The notes beneath the pieces are model-generated. The model was not told the DNA's origin. It was given only the letters and a program-made list of their open reading frames with translations, and ran no database searches. This document shows, piece after piece, positions 45,098 through 54,448 of a stretch of DNA of 64,000 bases. How positions within the stretch are numbered: the first letter of the stretch is position 1; each line of letters begins with the position of its first letter. The stretch is taken from sequence record NC_048054.1; one strand, 5' to 3'. The translations under genes and the position numbers were made by a program.

Positions 45098-45128
45098 AAC
45101 GGGAGACCTTAACTGGTTTCCCGTTTTT
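45098..45128 (+). terminator. Intrinsic terminator
   Basis: AACGGGAGACC-TTAACT-GGTTTCCCGTT plus TTT. Confidence 0.85.
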
Positions 45129-45160
45129 CATTTCTGCGCAAATTTTTTGAGACTACGACA

Positions 45161-46102
45161 ATGACTAAAATGGCTGCTCTGCCTTTCGCTGATTCTGCCC
45201 AGCGTAACCGCTATTTCGCTGAGAGCATTCGCGCTCTTAAACTTAACTCTGTTTGGGACTATGTTGTGTCAAACAATAACCCAAACTGGAAAGGCGATCC
45301 GTTGCTGCGCCATATGCACTATCACTCCACTGAGCACATGAAGCAGGTCACAGCTCTGGCTCTTTGGTTGTTGTACAGAGAATCGCAGCATACGTGGCAG
45401 TATGATGCAGGCGCATTGCCTTTGGCCGTTGCCTGCATGTTTCACGACATGGACCATTCACTCGGACGCCTCAATGATGAAGCTAATATTCGTCAGGCGC
45501 AGGATGCTTTTAGGAAGTATCTGACAGTGTGCGATGACGACCGCATCAAAGACCACGCGGAAATCATTCTCGACTTGATAGACATTACGCGGTTCCCTTA
45601 CATGAAGAACCGTCAGCCGAAAAATCTGATCGAACGTTGCATTCGTGACGCCGATATTCTATATGGCATGCAGGACGATGCTCTGGATATCGTGATGTTC
45701 TCGCTGCGCCGAGAAGTGAATCGCAATGTAAATGAAAACGTTTACTTCCAGGCAGACGTGTGGGCACAAGGCCGCGTTGACTTCCTTCGCAGTGTTGAAA
45801 TCTACTGCCCTACTGCTGATGCAATTATGGAGTGGCTGCTGTCAGAGGACAACGACCACAATCATCAAGATCGAATCGACGACTGGATGGCACACGAAGT
45901 TAGTTTCCGTGATACGTTTGCACAGAAACTCGAAGTCAATGACGTGCTGTTCATCGACACTGAGGAAGACAGTACGCCTAAGCGCCGACTGATCAAACAG
46001 ATTGAAGACATTGGTGAAGGCTTCAACGTCGTATTCGACGGTGATGAAGGTGTCTATCTGCGCAATGGTGAGGGTTGTGTGATCGTCGAAAGACGCAAAT
46101 AA
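45161..46102 (+). CDS. HD-domain metal-dependent phosphohydrolase
   Basis: YHSTEH, ACMFHDMDH, IRDAD. Confidence 0.8.
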   Translation: MTKMAALPFADSAQRNRYFAESIRALKLNSVWDYVVSNNNPNWKGDPLLRHMHYHSTEHMKQVTALALWLLYRESQHTWQYDAGALPLAVACMFHDMDHSLGRLNDEANIRQAQDAFRKYLTVCDDDRIKDHAEIILDLIDITRFPYMKNRQPKNLIERCIRDADILYGMQDDALDIVMFSLRREVNRNVNENVYFQADVWAQGRVDFLRSVEIYCPTADAIMEWLLSEDNDHNHQDRIDDWMAHEVSFRDTFAQKLEVNDVLFIDTEEDSTPKRRLIKQIEDIGEGFNVVFDGDEGVYLRNGEGCVIVERRK

Positions 46103-46147
46103 TAGGCTGAAATAGCCATACTGTCTAAAGTGCACCTGTGATAAAAT
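46103..46147 (+). promoter_or_regulatory. Conserved promoter cassette copy 7
   Basis: TAGGCTGAAATAGC (identical to copy 1); TGATAAAAT with hexamer at +39. Confidence 0.75.
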
Positions 46148-46179
46148 ACGCGTAGACGCACTAACAAAGAGAAAACGAT

Positions 46180-46884
46180 ATGAAGCCGCTAAAACGAATC
46201 CCTCTGAGTTCGGACACAAACCTGTTTGCTATTAACGCCATAGTGCATATGACCGCATTCCTATATCTGGACGTTACTGTGCATTCCGAACACTTCGGAG
46301 ACAAAGAGATAATGTTACCAGTGCGTGTTAATCACAATGTGTCGCCGCACGAACGTCTGGCTGGTGTACAATATGCCGCGTATATACCTGTGCTGGCGTG
46401 TCATCCAACCTCGGACACAGAGTTTTATACAGAGCTTGGTTATACGGAAGTGAATGTCAAACACTTCACCATGGACTGCGCCAAATGTAGCCATTGGGCA
46501 TATATAGGACTTTTGCCTGACGTGGCTGAGTCTGATATTAGAGATAAGCGTTACGTTGCTCCTCTGCGTGTGCATACAGTCCCGCATGAAAGAGGTATGC
46601 CTGAGGTATACAGACGTAACATCGTTCACGGCGCAGCGATACGCACTGACTACTTGCGTACTTCGGCTTTGGATAGTATTGATGACGAAACCTGGGAACA
46701 GCTACGGGCACGTCCAGATCACGGCACGTCGTGGTCGCAGTTCCTGGATTCTATCACTAATGGCCGATTGACTCCTAAGGACAATCTGTCCGAGTGTCTC
46801 GAAGACATTGACCAAGAGTTCATGCCTGAGCGTGTAGTTAAACGCCTGCGTCTGGCTCAAGCTGAAAGACGCATGAGAGGTTAA
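46180..46884 (+). CDS. Hypothetical protein
   Basis: 234-aa ORF. Confidence 0.75.
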   Translation: MKPLKRIPLSSDTNLFAINAIVHMTAFLYLDVTVHSEHFGDKEIMLPVRVNHNVSPHERLAGVQYAAYIPVLACHPTSDTEFYTELGYTEVNVKHFTMDCAKCSHWAYIGLLPDVAESDIRDKRYVAPLRVHTVPHERGMPEVYRRNIVHGAAIRTDYLRTSALDSIDDETWEQLRARPDHGTSWSQFLDSITNGRLTPKDNLSECLEDIDQEFMPERVVKRLRLAQAERRMRG

Positions 46885-46889
46885 TCATT

Positions 46890-47117
46890 ATGCACGATAT
46901 ATACAAGGTGAGTGCTGTCCTGTTCTACCTGCTTGGCGCTATGGCTTTCCTTGCACATATCGTTGGCTTCGTGAAGAACTGGATGAAGATAAAAGAGATG
47001 CGGCAGAAAGCACAGGCGAAGATTGCCAAAGTGAAAACGCCGCACGAACTGATTAGACGCCGTTTGCGTAAAGCAGAAGAACGCGCACGGCATCGACCAC
47101 GTAAACTGAGAGATTGA
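46890..47117 (+). CDS. Small membrane protein with basic tail
   Basis: One TM segment plus K/R-rich C-terminus; GAGG RBS. Confidence 0.7.
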   Translation: MHDIYKVSAVLFYLLGAMAFLAHIVGFVKNWMKIKEMRQKAQAKIAKVKTPHELIRRRLRKAEERARHRPRKLRD

Positions 47118-47119
47118 TT

Positions 47120-47428
47120 ATGGCTGAGATAACTATCGAACCTAAATTGACAAACAAAGTACGCAAGGCTCTTGAGACTTGCTGGAATGAAACAACCAAT
47201 AGAAACGAAGGCCCGATAGCATTCTCGTTTCTCGCCTCATCTTTTGCCAAAGATGGTAAGCGCCTGTTCGAAGGTGAGTTGCGCCTGATCAATGCGATTC
47301 TGCGCGAAGCCATAAACATCAACCTGTATGGCTGGTACGTAGCAACTGTCCATAACAGTAAAAAGGGTGACATGCTGATATTCCAGCCTGTTGCTGACCT
47401 CGAAGATATCGTTGAACTGGAGCTCTAA
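47120..47428 (+). CDS. Hypothetical protein
   Basis: ATG 47120. Confidence 0.7.
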   Translation: MAEITIEPKLTNKVRKALETCWNETTNRNEGPIAFSFLASSFAKDGKRLFEGELRLINAILREAININLYGWYVATVHNSKKGDMLIFQPVADLEDIVELEL

Positions 47429-48003
47429 TGGAACAGATTGATATGTTTGATACTCAGGGTGCGCATGAAATCTCCGAGTACACCGAACTTGATTCAGATC
47501 GTTTGCATCCATCTGTGGTTACGCGCAATGACCGTCGCGTGATTGCTGCGTTCGGCCAGCCTGTACTTAGTGATGAATATCTTGCTAAGTACCCAAGTAT
47601 GCGTCCCGGTAAATTGAAGTTTCGCAAGAAGCTGGTTGTGATTCATGAGTTCGTGCTCGTCACGCACGATAAACTGAAAGCCAGTTTATTGAAAAAGCAG
47701 GGCGACGTGCGCCGTATGAGTAACGCCGATCCGCAGTACCTGATCAATGTGTACAACCACACAGAGAAGGTAGCGCTGTTCCTGCGAGACTTTGAAGACT
47801 TCATGAGTCACTTCATGAATGCCCTTCACCTGTTTACCGTGGCAACTGTGTATGATGGCAGACTGCTGGTGTTTGCAGAGAACGGCGATCCGCTTGTTAC
47901 CTCAGAAGAAACGCTGGCGATGCTCACCGAGATTGAGCACTTCATCAACAAAAGCAAAGTGTATCGCGTATACTCACAACACGCCATCTACCGTACAATC
48001 TAA
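47428..48003 (+). CDS. Hypothetical protein
   Basis: TAATG coupling. Confidence 0.75.
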   Translation: MEQIDMFDTQGAHEISEYTELDSDRLHPSVVTRNDRRVIAAFGQPVLSDEYLAKYPSMRPGKLKFRKKLVVIHEFVLVTHDKLKASLLKKQGDVRRMSNADPQYLINVYNHTEKVALFLRDFEDFMSHFMNALHLFTVATVYDGRLLVFAENGDPLVTSEETLAMLTEIEHFINKSKVYRVYSQHAIYRTI

Positions 48004-48055
48004 TCTAATCTATCAATCACTGCGGCGCTTACGGGTGTCGCATAGGAGAAACATT

Positions 48056-49657
48056 ATGTCATTCGATATGCGTCAAAACGTACTCATGGTTCGCTCTCTG
48101 ATTCACGGCCAACCGTTCTACAATTTCTATAACGCCGAAGGTCTGGACTTCACCCTGCCTGGTTATCAACTCAAAGAGATCTATGATCGTCACTTCGAAG
48201 GTCGTATGTCAGGCGTCACCACTTACTGGGGATTCTCGAACAAGTCGAACTGTGAGTCTTTCGAGTTTGCAGAGAACGGTGATCTGTTGTGGCATGTTTC
48301 TCTGAATGCGACCTGTCATACGCTGCTTCCTCTTGAGATGGTTATAGGCCACGAAGGATTTAACGTTATCAACGGTTTTGAGATCAGCGATCATAAACGT
48401 ACCGTGATGAAGATTCACCAGAAAGCTGTTGGTCGCACTGTAGAGAACCTGACGTGGTTCCGCGACCTGTCTGAAAACCATATGCGCGAACTGCTGTGTT
48501 CACTTGGTCACGGCCCGCTGCGCATCGCAAAAGCAGACCGCGAAGAACTGATTAAGATTCATCGTGACTGGCAGCGTAAGCATGACGAAGAATTTAAATA
48601 CACGCACAATGCTTGCGGTATTGACCCTGACGATAAACTGCCTGCTGACCTGTATGACGATCACGGCAAGTGGTTGCGTCAACGTCACATGGCGAAAGGC
48701 AAAACGCTTGAGATGATGGCCAGCGAGCTTGCTAATCTCGTTCGCATCTTCGATTTGTACATCGGTGATGACGACTTCGATCATATGAATCCTGATTGGG
48801 ATGAAGGTCTGCTTCGTGTTGCACAGGCTTATATCTACGGACCGAACGCCAAAGAGCGTTTCGATGCAGTGAAGTATGATCCGCAGTTCATTGTCAATGG
48901 CATCTATGCGCTGGCGAAAGACATGAACTGGATTCATGTTAACGAAGAATCTCAGGACTATCAAGAGTCGCTGCTTCGTCGCCTGATGCAGGAATTGAAA
49001 AACGAAGTTGAGCGCCCTGACGGTGTGTTCGTTGTTGAAGACGGTCGGGTTCTGCTTAAGGCTGTGTCTGCTACTGCCGATACTGACGTGGTGGATGAGG
49101 TAGAAGAAGATGAAGACGCCGCCGCGGGAGAGGAAGCCGCAGAAGTGCGCACCTTCCTTGAAGGTTTAAGCGATAGCAAGTTGCGCCACTACGCGAAGTT
49201 GTTCAAGTTAGCGAGCAAAATAAAGCTCCTGAAAATGGATCATGCAGCGCTGGTTGACCTGTGCGCTGATTACTGCGGGTCTAACTGGCCAGAAGATCTG
49301 GAAGAAGACGAAGCTGAGGCCGAGCCTGAGAAAGAACGCGAGCCTCGTAAATTCCCTGCAACTAGATCGGCCGATACGTATGACTATGTACGTATTCGTA
49401 AAGTTCTCGTTTGGCTGAAATTGCTTACTGGTAGTATGTCAAGCCGTGACGCAGACTGCTCCCGTGAAGATGTGGAGCTGAACCGCAAGAAAGCTGTAAG
49501 CGTTTTACGCAATGCAGTCAAAGACGGAAAACTGGACACACTGAAAGAGATTCATCTTAAATCTCTCGCATACGCTCTGACAAAGATGAAAGATGGTGAT
49601 CGCTATCCGCGTGATACAGATTACCTGAAAGAGCTAATTAAACACGCACTGCGTTAA
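48056..49657 (+). CDS. Multidomain protein with several HeH/Rho-N-like modules
   Basis: AGGAG RBS; DLSENHMRELL..LG...DREELI; GLSDSKLRHYAK...HAALV; LKEIHLKSLA...LKELI. Confidence 0.8.
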   Translation: MSFDMRQNVLMVRSLIHGQPFYNFYNAEGLDFTLPGYQLKEIYDRHFEGRMSGVTTYWGFSNKSNCESFEFAENGDLLWHVSLNATCHTLLPLEMVIGHEGFNVINGFEISDHKRTVMKIHQKAVGRTVENLTWFRDLSENHMRELLCSLGHGPLRIAKADREELIKIHRDWQRKHDEEFKYTHNACGIDPDDKLPADLYDDHGKWLRQRHMAKGKTLEMMASELANLVRIFDLYIGDDDFDHMNPDWDEGLLRVAQAYIYGPNAKERFDAVKYDPQFIVNGIYALAKDMNWIHVNEESQDYQESLLRRLMQELKNEVERPDGVFVVEDGRVLLKAVSATADTDVVDEVEEDEDAAAGEEAAEVRTFLEGLSDSKLRHYAKLFKLASKIKLLKMDHAALVDLCADYCGSNWPEDLEEDEAEAEPEKEREPRKFPATRSADTYDYVRIRKVLVWLKLLTGSMSSRDADCSREDVELNRKKAVSVLRNAVKDGKLDTLKEIHLKSLAYALTKMKDGDRYPRDTDYLKELIKHALR

Positions 49658-49692
49658 TTGTCCAACCATACCTAACATTGTAGGGAACAAAA

Positions 49693-50127
49693 ATGAAATT
49701 CGAACAAAACATTCTGGTAGTAAATCGTATTCAACTGGCTATGAACGACGAGCTGGTCAAGAAGCTGACTGATGCTGCGCGTGATGATCGTGGCGCCTCG
49801 GCTATGACACTGGGTTATGCGACTGCAATCGTCATGGCCAAACTCCAGCACAAGATCACCTTTGCGTTGGCTGAGGAGAATCCTGAGGCCTGTGTTCGTG
49901 CTGAACTGCTCTGGACCGATCATGGCTCAGTCACCACAAGTGCGCTATTCCTCATAGCGTCCGCAGCCGACGAAGAAGTATTAAACCACGTCGAAGACCA
50001 TGACTACCTGAACCATCTGCACACAATCAAACGTGTTGCAGAGGCGAACGGGTTTAAGCTCCATGTCTTCCCTGTGGCTGCTAACTTCCCGTTCAAGCGT
50101 ACTGAAATCCCGGCTGATATGCAGTGA
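49693..50127 (+). CDS. Hypothetical protein
   Basis: 144-aa ORF. Confidence 0.8.
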   Translation: MKFEQNILVVNRIQLAMNDELVKKLTDAARDDRGASAMTLGYATAIVMAKLQHKITFALAEENPEACVRAELLWTDHGSVTTSALFLIASAADEEVLNHVEDHDYLNHLHTIKRVAEANGFKLHVFPVAANFPFKRTEIPADMQ

Positions 50128-50135
50128 GGTGATCT

Positions 50136-50435
50136 ATGGCTGATAAACTGACGTTGGTACCGAATGTCGCTATCGTCCTAAAGATGAACGAGCGCCGTTC
50201 CTTCTTGGGGCCGAAAGAAGATGGGTTTGTCTATCTGGCGAGCAAGGAAGCGCTCGATAAATTCGAGGCGCATATCCTGCGTTACCGCAGCCGCGAAGAA
50301 TACTCCGAGATAGACGAGCGTGAATTACGCGCTCTGACAGACGACGGTGTTCGGGCTTTGAGTCATGCAGTCAAAGAAGACCCAGAACGCCCATGGCTGT
50401 GGACAAAGACAGACTTCCGCAAGAAGCTCTGGTAA
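50136..50435 (+). CDS. Hypothetical protein
   Basis: GAGGTG RBS. Confidence 0.8.
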   Translation: MADKLTLVPNVAIVLKMNERRSFLGPKEDGFVYLASKEALDKFEAHILRYRSREEYSEIDERELRALTDDGVRALSHAVKEDPERPWLWTKTDFRKKLW

Positions 50436-50443
50436 GCATAAAA

Positions 50444-50488
50444 CTGGACAAAACAGCGGTAGTATCTGAAAGCGTCCTATGATACAAT
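50444..50488 (+). promoter_or_regulatory. Conserved promoter cassette copy 8
   Basis: CTGGACAAAACAGC; TGATACAAT with hexamer at +39; AGCGTAGC-TTGT-GCTGCGCT hairpin. Confidence 0.8.
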
Positions 50489-50541
50489 AGAAGCGTAGCT
50501 TGTGCTGCGCTTTTATAACATATGTCTGAGGAGACAACGAA

Positions 50542-51006
50542 ATGATGAACGAAACTCAAGCAACCCCATCTGATATCGAATTGCAGGACCGCATGATGGA
50601 CGCCGCTGTCCAGAAAGTTATTGAACTGACCCCAGAGTGGATTGACGTGGCAGCCGCAGGCCTTCGCCTGTACCTGACCGTGTGTGACCAGCTCGGTGGC
50701 CCAATTCCTGAAATGCGTTTTGTACACAACAACCGTCCGTGCAAACTTCAATTCACTTTGAACGAAGTCGCCGAAGGTTCTGAGTTTGTTGCGAACGATA
50801 TCGATCACGAAAAGCAGATGGAAATCTGTGAAGCGATTCTCGCTACAGCCGAAGCGAACGAAAATGGTCACTCGCTGATGGACCTTGCGATTTGTTCTGG
50901 CCGCCTGTTTATGATCGGCTACGATGGTCTTGCTGGCACGGTTAGCAAAGTTTGCTTCCGCTTCGCCAAAAAGAACTACGTTATGAATCTGGTTGAGGCT
51001 AAATAA
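50542..51006 (+). CDS. Hypothetical acidic protein
   Basis: GAGGAG RBS. Confidence 0.85.
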   Translation: MMNETQATPSDIELQDRMMDAAVQKVIELTPEWIDVAAAGLRLYLTVCDQLGGPIPEMRFVHNNRPCKLQFTLNEVAEGSEFVANDIDHEKQMEICEAILATAEANENGHSLMDLAICSGRLFMIGYDGLAGTVSKVCFRFAKKNYVMNLVEAK

Positions 51007-51007
51007 C

Positions 51008-51703
51008 ATGAAACTCTCACCGTTTATGTTGAAACGCAGTAAGCTGGCTCCAGACGTGTTTGCGCTTGTTCGTGAAAACGAAGTGCTTGCCTCATTCAAA
51101 CCCAGAAAGTTTCTGGAAGCTCTCCAGACTGTTGTAAAAGAGAACGGTCTGAAAGAAGTTGATGTTGTGTGGCGTGACGGCTCTCGCACTGTAGAGCATT
51201 TAGTTGTCGGACATATCCGTGAGCTAGTATCAACCGACACTATCATGAACCGATACAACATGTGTCTGATGCTTCGCTCGCAGGGCATTGCGGCCAGTCT
51301 TGCTGTGCCTGTCGATATTCGCACGATGTATGATGGACACGGTCCGATGATCAGTGAGATTCACATTGACCCTGAAATCGCTGACAAGCTGGCTGTAGCA
51401 CTCGCACCAAAACATCCCCTGTACGAGGATGCGCATAACGGGTATGAGGATGAGGATGACGCCATCGACGACGAGGACGACTTTAACGACGATGAATGTA
51501 TCGACGACGAAGAAGACTTCGACATGGAAGATACTAACCCTGAAATCGAGCGTATGATGATTTGCAGTTGGGGCTATCGTGCCGAAGACTGGGCAATCAC
51601 CCTGAACGAAGATCAGGTTCAGGAAGTACATAGCCTTGAAGTTGGCGTTGACCCTGACATTGAACTGCCACTCGCACCTGATGCGAAGGACAAATACTTC
51701 TAA
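51008..51703 (+). CDS. Hypothetical protein with acidic tract
   Basis: GAGG RBS before ATG 51008. Confidence 0.8.
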   Translation: MKLSPFMLKRSKLAPDVFALVRENEVLASFKPRKFLEALQTVVKENGLKEVDVVWRDGSRTVEHLVVGHIRELVSTDTIMNRYNMCLMLRSQGIAASLAVPVDIRTMYDGHGPMISEIHIDPEIADKLAVALAPKHPLYEDAHNGYEDEDDAIDDEDDFNDDECIDDEEDFDMEDTNPEIERMMICSWGYRAEDWAITLNEDQVQEVHSLEVGVDPDIELPLAPDAKDKYF

Positions 51704-51894
51704 TGAAAACCACTAACGAAATGATCAAAGAGTTGCGACAACGCGGCGAGCTTGTTATTGAAGAACGCCAGAAAGACGCAGTGCCAGACTTAACGTTCAC
51801 GCTTGATTGTCTGTGCCTCACATACAAGAAGCGGGAAGTGGAAACAACCAAGCGCGGCCGCGTTATCACAATCAAGTTGACGAACATGCACTAA
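51703..51894 (+). CDS. Small hypothetical protein
   Basis: TAATG coupling. Confidence 0.6.
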   Translation: MKTTNEMIKELRQRGELVIEERQKDAVPDLTFTLDCLCLTYKKREVETTKRGRVITIKLTNMH

Positions 51895-52034
51895 CAATCA
51901 GTTTGGCTCGCCCGTCCAGAAATGCTCACCCCCAATGAGGCGCCCTTCGCAGAGGCGTGACGACGCGGGTCCTTTTTGAAGCGTACTGAGTAGTGCGCTG
52001 CATAAAGTACCTAAAACCAAACAGGAGGCTGTTA

Positions 52035-52517
52035 ATGAAGTTCAACGAAGCAAGTAAAGACGCACAGGTCATTCTCATGGGTGGCGCACTTGCAGGTGTG
52101 ATTGAAGTCTTCGGACGCGACGAAGAAGACGAAGGCAAAAAGCTGATCGAAACGGCATTGCACCAGATAGGTCTGACGTTCGACGAGTTCCGTGTGCTGA
52201 TGACCGATATGGTGCCTGAGGTCGAAGCAGAAGTTGAAGCGATTCTCGGCGAGCATAAAGCTGTACGTGCTGCTGACCCTGACGATGACTTTGAAGATCC
52301 AGAAGATCTTGGTGTCTGCGTCGAATGCGATCATCCTGTCGAGGATTGTGTGTGCGAGCACGATGATGAAGACCTCGACACTGCGGAAGAACGTCCAGGC
52401 AATCTCAACGACGACGGCCGCACCGACGAAAACGGTTGGCAGAACCTCGACGAGGGTGAAGATGAAGTTTGCTTCGCCTGCCACAAAGAGCACTGCGAAT
52501 GTAATCGTGTGGGGTAA
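52035..52517 (+). CDS. Acidic protein with two CxxC(H)...CxC motifs
   Basis: AGGAGG RBS; CVECDH..EDCVC and CFACHKEHCEC. Confidence 0.8.
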   Translation: MKFNEASKDAQVILMGGALAGVIEVFGRDEEDEGKKLIETALHQIGLTFDEFRVLMTDMVPEVEAEVEAILGEHKAVRAADPDDDFEDPEDLGVCVECDHPVEDCVCEHDDEDLDTAEERPGNLNDDGRTDENGWQNLDEGEDEVCFACHKEHCECNRVG

Positions 52518-52521
52518 TCAA

Positions 52522-52737
52522 ATGAGCCGACGTCCTACACAAGATGAAGTGAACGGCCAGATAGCTGCCGCCGAAGAACAGCGCTACAATGAGCGTGAAG
52601 CGCGTTATGCTGATATGTCAGATGACGATCTACGCGATGCTCTGTTGGAGCAGGGTCTCGTTTTTGTCGAAGGCGACGACGTAGACGACTACAGCCGACA
52701 AGACTGTATCAGACTGCTTATGGCGAGCGGCTACTGA
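52522..52737 (+). CDS. Small acidic protein with HeH-like C-terminus
   Basis: DMSDDDLRDALLEQG...SRQDCIRLL. Confidence 0.65.
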   Translation: MSRRPTQDEVNGQIAAAEEQRYNEREARYADMSDDDLRDALLEQGLVFVEGDDVDDYSRQDCIRLLMASGY

Positions 52738-52745
52738 GCATAAAT

Positions 52746-52790
52746 CTGGACAAAATGAGGATTGTCTCAAAACAGCGTCCGTGATACAAT
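52746..52790 (+). promoter_or_regulatory. Conserved promoter cassette copy 9
   Basis: CTGGACAAAATGAGG; TGATACAAT with hexamer at +39. Confidence 0.8.
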
Positions 52791-52796
52791 ATAGAG

Positions 52797-52975
52797 ACAG
52801 CGAGACATGTTCTCTCTGTGATGTGCCTATAACGTTTTGACCGTGTGTTTATCTTTTCCCGGGCACACGGTCCTTTTAAAGCCGCTTCCTGTGAGGCTGT
52901 TTTAAAAAGGGTTCGATACCCTTTGAGCGCGTCGGGCTTTACGCGGTTTCCGCCTGCCGTGCTCTCATGCTAAAC
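52797..52975 (+). ncRNA. Candidate structured RNA or long structured 5' leader
   Basis: Four consecutive hairpins in a non-coding stretch after a promoter. Confidence 0.4.
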
Positions 52976-52991
52976 CGCAAAGGAAATAGAT

Positions 52992-53723
52992 ATGCCTACT
53001 ACTTCACGCCCTAAGACAGAAGACAAATTCTCCCGCGCTCGCGCCGCTAAGAACTCGCCAAAGCGCGTTAAAGGCAAAAAGCAGTCTGATCGTCCAGAGA
53101 ATCTGAGCGAGAAGAAACGACCAACACCACGCGGGCCATCTTCCGCTAAACCTCGTCAACTGCCTCCGGGATATGGCTTCAAGTCTAAGGCTACAGGTGA
53201 ACGTGCGCCTGACCCGTCACGCAAAGAGTTCGCTGCCAAAAATAAAGTGCGCGATGAAGAACGCGTGTTCAATTTGGTTCACGCAATTCTTTCTGCGTGG
53301 AAAGCAGATGTGGGGAACGCCGAGCACACGGCAGCCTCAGCTGGCATCATCAAAGTGTCACGTCGTAAGATTGAAGGCGCCTTGCGTGACCTCAAGAATA
53401 CGCGCTTCACTAAGATCCCGACGCTCATTAATGACGTCCTCGTGTATAACGAAGTCTGCAATGAGTTCGGTCAGTGGGTGTACGTCGAGCATGATTCTCC
53501 TGATTGGATTTTCGTTCGACTGCCTGAAAACAGTACGCAAGTGATTCGTGCTGATATCAGTTCCGACCGTAGTGGCGAAACGTCTGCTGCCGTGACGACT
53601 TCTGTTGAGGTACTGCTGGATAATACTTACCTCGAAGACGATGAAGAGGAGATTCCTGAGAACGTCGAATATGACGACGAAGATGAATCTGACGCCAACG
53701 AAGAAGAGGATGAGGAAGAATAA
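52992..53723 (+). CDS. Protein with basic disordered N-terminus and acidic C-tail
   Basis: AAGGA RBS; 243 aa. Confidence 0.85.
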   Translation: MPTTSRPKTEDKFSRARAAKNSPKRVKGKKQSDRPENLSEKKRPTPRGPSSAKPRQLPPGYGFKSKATGERAPDPSRKEFAAKNKVRDEERVFNLVHAILSAWKADVGNAEHTAASAGIIKVSRRKIEGALRDLKNTRFTKIPTLINDVLVYNEVCNEFGQWVYVEHDSPDWIFVRLPENSTQVIRADISSDRSGETSAAVTTSVEVLLDNTYLEDDEEEIPENVEYDDEDESDANEEEDEEE

Positions 53724-54172
53724 TGACCACTTCTATTCGATCAGCCTCAGAAACAGCCGCAATGATCATTGAAAACGTTTCTCTGTATTCGCAAGAGAAG
53801 GCGCATGAGCACACGCTGCCGCGTTTTAAAATGTCAGATACGGCGATACGTCGAATCTCTGGACATGTTCGCTTCCTGCCTGAAAGCTATATCGAGCAAC
53901 TCACCTTCGAGTTGCGGCAACTTGATTGGCTGATGGCTAGATATGACTCTGGCATGTTTATCTTCATGGGGTATGCAGTTGCAAAGAACTGGACGACACT
54001 GACGGCAAAACGAGTAGTGCCGAACGACGACCTCACTCTTGAGTACGATACTTGGACGCTGCCTGAGTTACAGGGTTTCGCCCAACGTAACGACTTTTTG
54101 CAGCCTGGTGAAGAAGGTTTCCATAACAGAGATGCACTGATTCGCGCCATCATTAAGGGCGAGACTCACTGA
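53723..54172 (+). CDS. Hypothetical protein with C-terminal Rho-N/HeH-like module
   Basis: TWTLPELQGFAQ...NRDALIRAII. Confidence 0.75.
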   Translation: MTTSIRSASETAAMIIENVSLYSQEKAHEHTLPRFKMSDTAIRRISGHVRFLPESYIEQLTFELRQLDWLMARYDSGMFIFMGYAVAKNWTTLTAKRVVPNDDLTLEYDTWTLPELQGFAQRNDFLQPGEEGFHNRDALIRAIIKGETH

Positions 54173-54189
54173 CTCTGAGGAGTAATCGA

Positions 54190-54342
54190 ATGAAACGACC
54201 TACTAAGCGTGTTGAAGTAGAAGACCCAGACATTGCTAAGATGCGCAAGCGCCTGGTGTCTGCGAAAATCATCAAGCCAGAAGCTGCTGCAAAGCTGTCT
54301 AGCAATGATGTAGTGAAGCTGTTCACGTATTACAGCGCATAA
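54190..54342 (+). CDS. Small basic protein (50 aa, MKRPTKRVEVEDPDIAKMRKRLVSAKII...)
   Basis: GAGGAG RBS; below the ORF-track cutoff. Confidence 0.7.
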   Translation: MKRPTKRVEVEDPDIAKMRKRLVSAKIIKPEAAAKLSSNDVVKLFTYYSA

Positions 54343-54351
54343 GCAATAACG

Positions 54352-54381
54352 AGCAGGGCAGTGAAATATAGCTGCCCTGCT
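54352..54381. terminator. Strong stem-loop after the 54190 ORF
   Basis: AGCAGGGCAG...CTGCCCTGCT 10-bp stem; no clear T-run. Confidence 0.5.
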
Positions 54382-54402
54382 ATCTGCGAAGTATGCAGAA
54401 AA

Positions 54403-54448
54403 CTGGACAAAATCGTGGTTGTTATCTGACGGCCACCTATGCTATAAT
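54403..54448 (+). promoter_or_regulatory. Conserved promoter cassette copy 10
   Basis: CTGGACAAAAT; TGCTATAAT with hexamer at +40; GACGC-AATAGT-GCGTC hairpin. Confidence 0.8.

Noticed and set aside
52859-52935. tRNA gene suggested by the T-arm-like AAGGG-TTCGATA-CCCTT
   Set aside because: No matching acceptor stem, D-arm or anticodon arm at the expected spacing and no CCA; kept only as part of a structured-RNA candidate
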